The notes under the pieces are model-generated. The model searched no databases, was not told the DNA's origin, and saw only the letters and a program-made list of their open reading frames with translations. From a virus, in the IMG/VR virus record IMGVR_UViG_3300045988_101308, positions 60,792 through 124,791 of that record: a DNA stretch of 64,000 nt, one strand, 5' to 3'. Below, one piece after another: positions 60,851-64,000 of this stretch; position 1 is the stretch's first letter, and the number at the start of each line of letters is the position of its first letter. Position numbers and translations under genes: made by a program.

Positions 60851-61156
60851 TTAATATAAATCTTCTGAATACAATTGTTCCCTAATGGCACTCCTATCTA
60901 CTACCATTTCCTGATTATTATTTTTAACAAGTTCAGACGCATCCTCTCTTGTTAAAAACCGGTTCTTGCTTGTCAAAAATCCTTGAACACTGCGGTTTTT
61001 ATGAGCAATACCATAAGCTGCAAACTGAGAAATGATAGAACAATGTCTCAATCCACAGAACACGGCGCCGGATGGTATATTGGTGGGCTGATGGGGACGC
61101 TTCTTGCCGTCCTGCACCCAGATGGCCGCGCATATCACGATTTCCTTATCACACAT
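60851..61156 (-). CDS. hypothetical protein (101 aa)
   Basis: Contains a GC-rich codon patch (61060-61140). Confidence 0.4.
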   Translation of the reverse strand: MCDKEIVICAAIWVQDGKKRPHQPTNIPSGAVFCGLRHCSIISQFAAYGIAHKNRSVQGFLTSKNRFLTREDASELVKNNNQEMVVDRSAIREQLYSEDLY

Positions 61157-61159
61157 AAA

Positions 61160-61435
61160 TCAATAATTTAAAATACCGTTTTTACCAATATGCTTCTTTT
61201 CTTCTTCAGTAGGCCATTCTTTCTTGAACTTACCGTGCCACGTTCCAGGAACCACCACCAGTTGGTCTTCCTTATCATATTCAATAGCAGCACATTCAGA
61301 ACAAAGAGGCTTACCTTCATATCCCTTTAGCGACTTATCGTAAATACGATTCTTACAAGGTCTTGTAAGAGCCCAGTAACACGATGTGGCTGTATTATCT
61401 ATACAGCCACATCGTGAACAAACAAACAAACTCAT
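61160..61435 (-). CDS. zinc-ribbon protein (91 aa)
   Basis: CSRCGC ... CSEC match paired Cys motifs. Confidence 0.45.
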   Translation of the reverse strand: MSLFVCSRCGCIDNTATSCYWALTRPCKNRIYDKSLKGYEGKPLCSECAAIEYDKEDQLVVVPGTWHGKFKKEWPTEEEKKHIGKNGILNY

Positions 61436-62205
61436 TTCACAACCTCCCAGTCATTCGACGATATATCTTCTATACTTGGATTCCACGATGTCAGCCTCCG
61501 TGTTTCTTCATTTATAATTATGATCAATGACTTTTCCACATGAATTGAGCTAACACCACTTTTTCTAAAAGCATCAAGATGTTCATTTTTCCACCCATGC
61601 CTTTTGATATTATTACCATTTTTCAAAAATTTAAAAGCTTCTTCAAATGTTAAACCCGATTTCTTTCGAAAAAGATACTGTTCAAGTCTGTCTGCGGCTT
61701 CATTTGGTGTATGGCCATCATATTCGAAAGCGGTTTCTCTTTCTGGAACATCAAACAAATCCCAGTATTTGCTTTCATAGTGATTAGACACCTGACCAGT
61801 GGGTAACATTGCCATCACAATAAACCAGTCATCAGAACCGAAGCATCTTTCTCCGTCGCTGTGTCTCCTTGATTTGCAAACTTCAACCTGTCCGTTTCTG
61901 GCTAATAAATTAAAGAAGGCGGCATTATACAACATACGGTACCGATACAATTCATTGAAAGTATGGTATCCGTCAGAAACTTCTCCCATGTCTCCTGGTT
62001 CTGCTTCAGGTTTAGAATGATTAGGATAGTAGTAGTCCACTGATGCTTTTAACACGGACTCGATGTGTTCCAATATCCTCGTAGCATCATCATGTTTAAA
62101 AAAATACTTGAATCTTTCAACGAATTTAATATCTTCATTGATTGTTGATTCGAACTCTTCTTTTGTCATCATTCTAATTACATCTTTAAAATCTTTTAAT
62201 TCCAT
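61432..62205 (-). CDS. hypothetical protein (257 aa)
   Basis: Overlaps neighbours by 4 nt on both sides (operonic); no motif. Confidence 0.5.
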   Translation of the reverse strand: MELKDFKDVIRMMTKEEFESTINEDIKFVERFKYFFKHDDATRILEHIESVLKASVDYYYPNHSKPEAEPGDMGEVSDGYHTFNELYRYRMLYNAAFFNLLARNGQVEVCKSRRHSDGERCFGSDDWFIVMAMLPTGQVSNHYESKYWDLFDVPERETAFEYDGHTPNEAADRLEQYLFRKKSGLTFEEAFKFLKNGNNIKRHGWKNEHLDAFRKSGVSSIHVEKSLIIIINEETRRLTSWNPSIEDISSNDWEVVK

Positions 62206-63705
62206 TATTTGTAATATTTTAATTGTTCATAAATCCTATATTTACTTATATCATCGCACAGGTTACACCCTTCCGTACATCCACAAACCGAACAATACGA
62301 GTCTCTTTCTTCCTTCGGTCTGGATTGAAAATCTCTTACAGCCTTAATCCATATAGGAGAAATAATCTTACCGGAAAATACAGGTACATTTAAAAGTAGT
62401 GTTTTCATGATTTTGGCAAAACATTCATATAACACGGCACATCTACCACATCTCTTCTATGAAGTCCCTTTTCAAAATAGGAAACCATGTAAGTGTTTTT
62501 ACCTTCGTGATCAGGTCTGGGATCAAAGCATTCAAAAACGAATCTTGTTCTACCTTCAAGATGACCAAACATGAAAACAAATTCGCCACCGTATCTTTTA
62601 CTGGCTAATTCTTCTACGGTCATAACCTATCTCCTCCCAATCCTGAATTGATGCTAACGTACTTGACACGAACTTCATTTCCACGTCCAAGCTGACCCCA
62701 GCCGGGCGATGGCGTTCCCTTAGCCGGAGCAGGGGCAGCCCTAAGCCGAGACCAGTCCTGCTTTTGCCTCATGGCTTCAGCCTCTTTGTAATACCGGTTA
62801 CACAGTTCTTGATCTTCGTAACCAACGTAATCTTCCTTATTTTCCATAAAAAAATACTTTTTCAACAAAAGTACGACATTCATAAATTAATTAGATTTAA
62901 AATAAAACAATATAAATTAAAATAAAAACCCGATACGTTAAAATCGCATCGGGCCTGGTATTGGGAAAAATAGGTTCAGATCTTGGGTAAAGATTCGAGC
63001 CAATTTTTAACATCTTTATATTTAGGGTCTTTGTCTATTCTATCTTTCAGTTCATGCAATGCTGAGTCCATAACCGTATTCGGTACGCCAATCAACTCTC
63101 CTATTAAATACAAGGGGGTTTTATTCGATTTAGATTCGTGTGCTATATTCATGTCCAAAAAAAAAGTTATGTGAAACAAACCGGCCACGGGTATTCTATT
63201 GCCCGCCGACCGGTATAATATTTTTATTCCTTTTTTTTCCAAACGGGAAAAACGGGAATGCGGGAATCATATTTTTTACTATGGCTCCCGCACCACCGGA
63301 AGGACCTGGGTCTGGATCTCAGGTCAGATCCTTCCAGTTTATTTTTTCGCCGAGGTAATCTTGCACGGCAAGCCATCTTATAAAGGCTACTCCTTCGGGA
63401 GCATCCGGATCATCCAAATACATTAACGTAGCTTTCACCAACTCGTTCTCACATTTGAAGACCTTCGGAAAACCATCCGAATAGTACATTGCAAAGACAT
63501 ATTGGACATCGCCCCATGTCGCTTTATCCGGCTTCTTCGCTCCGCACTTTTCAAAAATATCTTTTATTTCCGGCTGCTTCCAGATCCTCTTGGATCCATC
63601 GACGTTGACCATCTTCTTTACCGCCTCATCAGCGAGAGCATTAGAAAAATGGTAGCCGTAAGTATCTACATATTTCTGATAAGCTGGATCCTCTGCGTCT
63701 GCTCC

Positions 63706-63963
63706 TCAATAAGAACGACCTCTGCCACGTCCGCGACCTCTACGCATCTGAGGTCCGTCACCGTAGTATCTGTCGTCTCCATAGTAATCGGTCGGGTAGG
63801 ATTCGTAACCCATCCTCCGGTATTCCCGGTCCTCCATTTCATGACGACGTTCGCGCTCTTCAAGCCTTCTTTCCCTTTCTTCCAGCTCGTTTTCGCGTTC
63901 TTCCATTTCCTTCATCTTCTCATGCATACCGTAATGGTCGTAAATACCACCACCGTACCCCAT
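63706..63963 (-). CDS. low-complexity Arg/Glu/Gly-Tyr-rich protein (85 aa)
   Basis: RGRGRGRG, ERERRLEERERR and YGGGIYDHYG repeats; start lies close to the window edge. Confidence 0.35.
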   Translation of the reverse strand: MGYGGGIYDHYGMHEKMKEMEERENELEERERRLEERERRHEMEDREYRRMGYESYPTDYYGDDRYYGDGPQMRRGRGRGRGRSY

Positions 63964-64000
63964 GTACGTCCCATCAGAACGCCGGCTTCTGCCTCTGCCT

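Overview
This window is AT-rich DNA (roughly 35% GC by eye) that reads like the early/replication half of a large tailed phage of a Bacteroidetes host, plus the start of its late module. Host assignment rests on TTTG / TAnnTTTG promoter motifs typical of Bacteroidetes sitting in front of several transcription units.

Plus strand, 1-51558: about 100 short, tightly packed genes.
- Replication and nucleotide metabolism: an SSB-like protein with an acidic DLPF tip, dUTPase, a primase-like protein, a DnaB-like helicase, an SF2 helicase, a C5 cytosine methyltransferase, and three PD-(D/E)xK/RecB-family nucleases.
- RNA-related: four tRNAs (Met, Gln, Arg and a Cys-like one), none with encoded CCA, and a minimal CCA-adding-type nucleotidyltransferase.
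- Operons of interest: unknown–HAD phosphatase–DHH/DHHA1 phosphoesterase–HExxH, and unknown–ACP–NfeD–flotillin.
- Other: an orphan compact ABC-type ATPase, and several paralogous families of small Cys-rich proteins.

Minus strand, 51648-64000: the beginning of the late module, past a bidirectional terminator at 51602-51648. It includes a giant 2148-aa protein of unknown function.

Non-coding hub, about 8280-13260:
- a tandem iteron array, clustered ACGCGT palindromes, and CCGTT motif repeats (a likely origin/partition/regulatory region);
- a 4 x 51-bp tandem repeat carrying GTTTTAAAAC palindromes;
- a 19-bp direct repeat;
- three tRNA-like elements (T-arm plus acceptor 3' strand) that each sit 20-30 nt upstream of a small gene.

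A recurring oddity: 60-140-bp GC-rich patches with a local switch to G/C-ending codons lie inside otherwise AT-rich genes and in a few structured intergenic spacers.

All calls come from reading motifs in the sequence; no database searches were possible.
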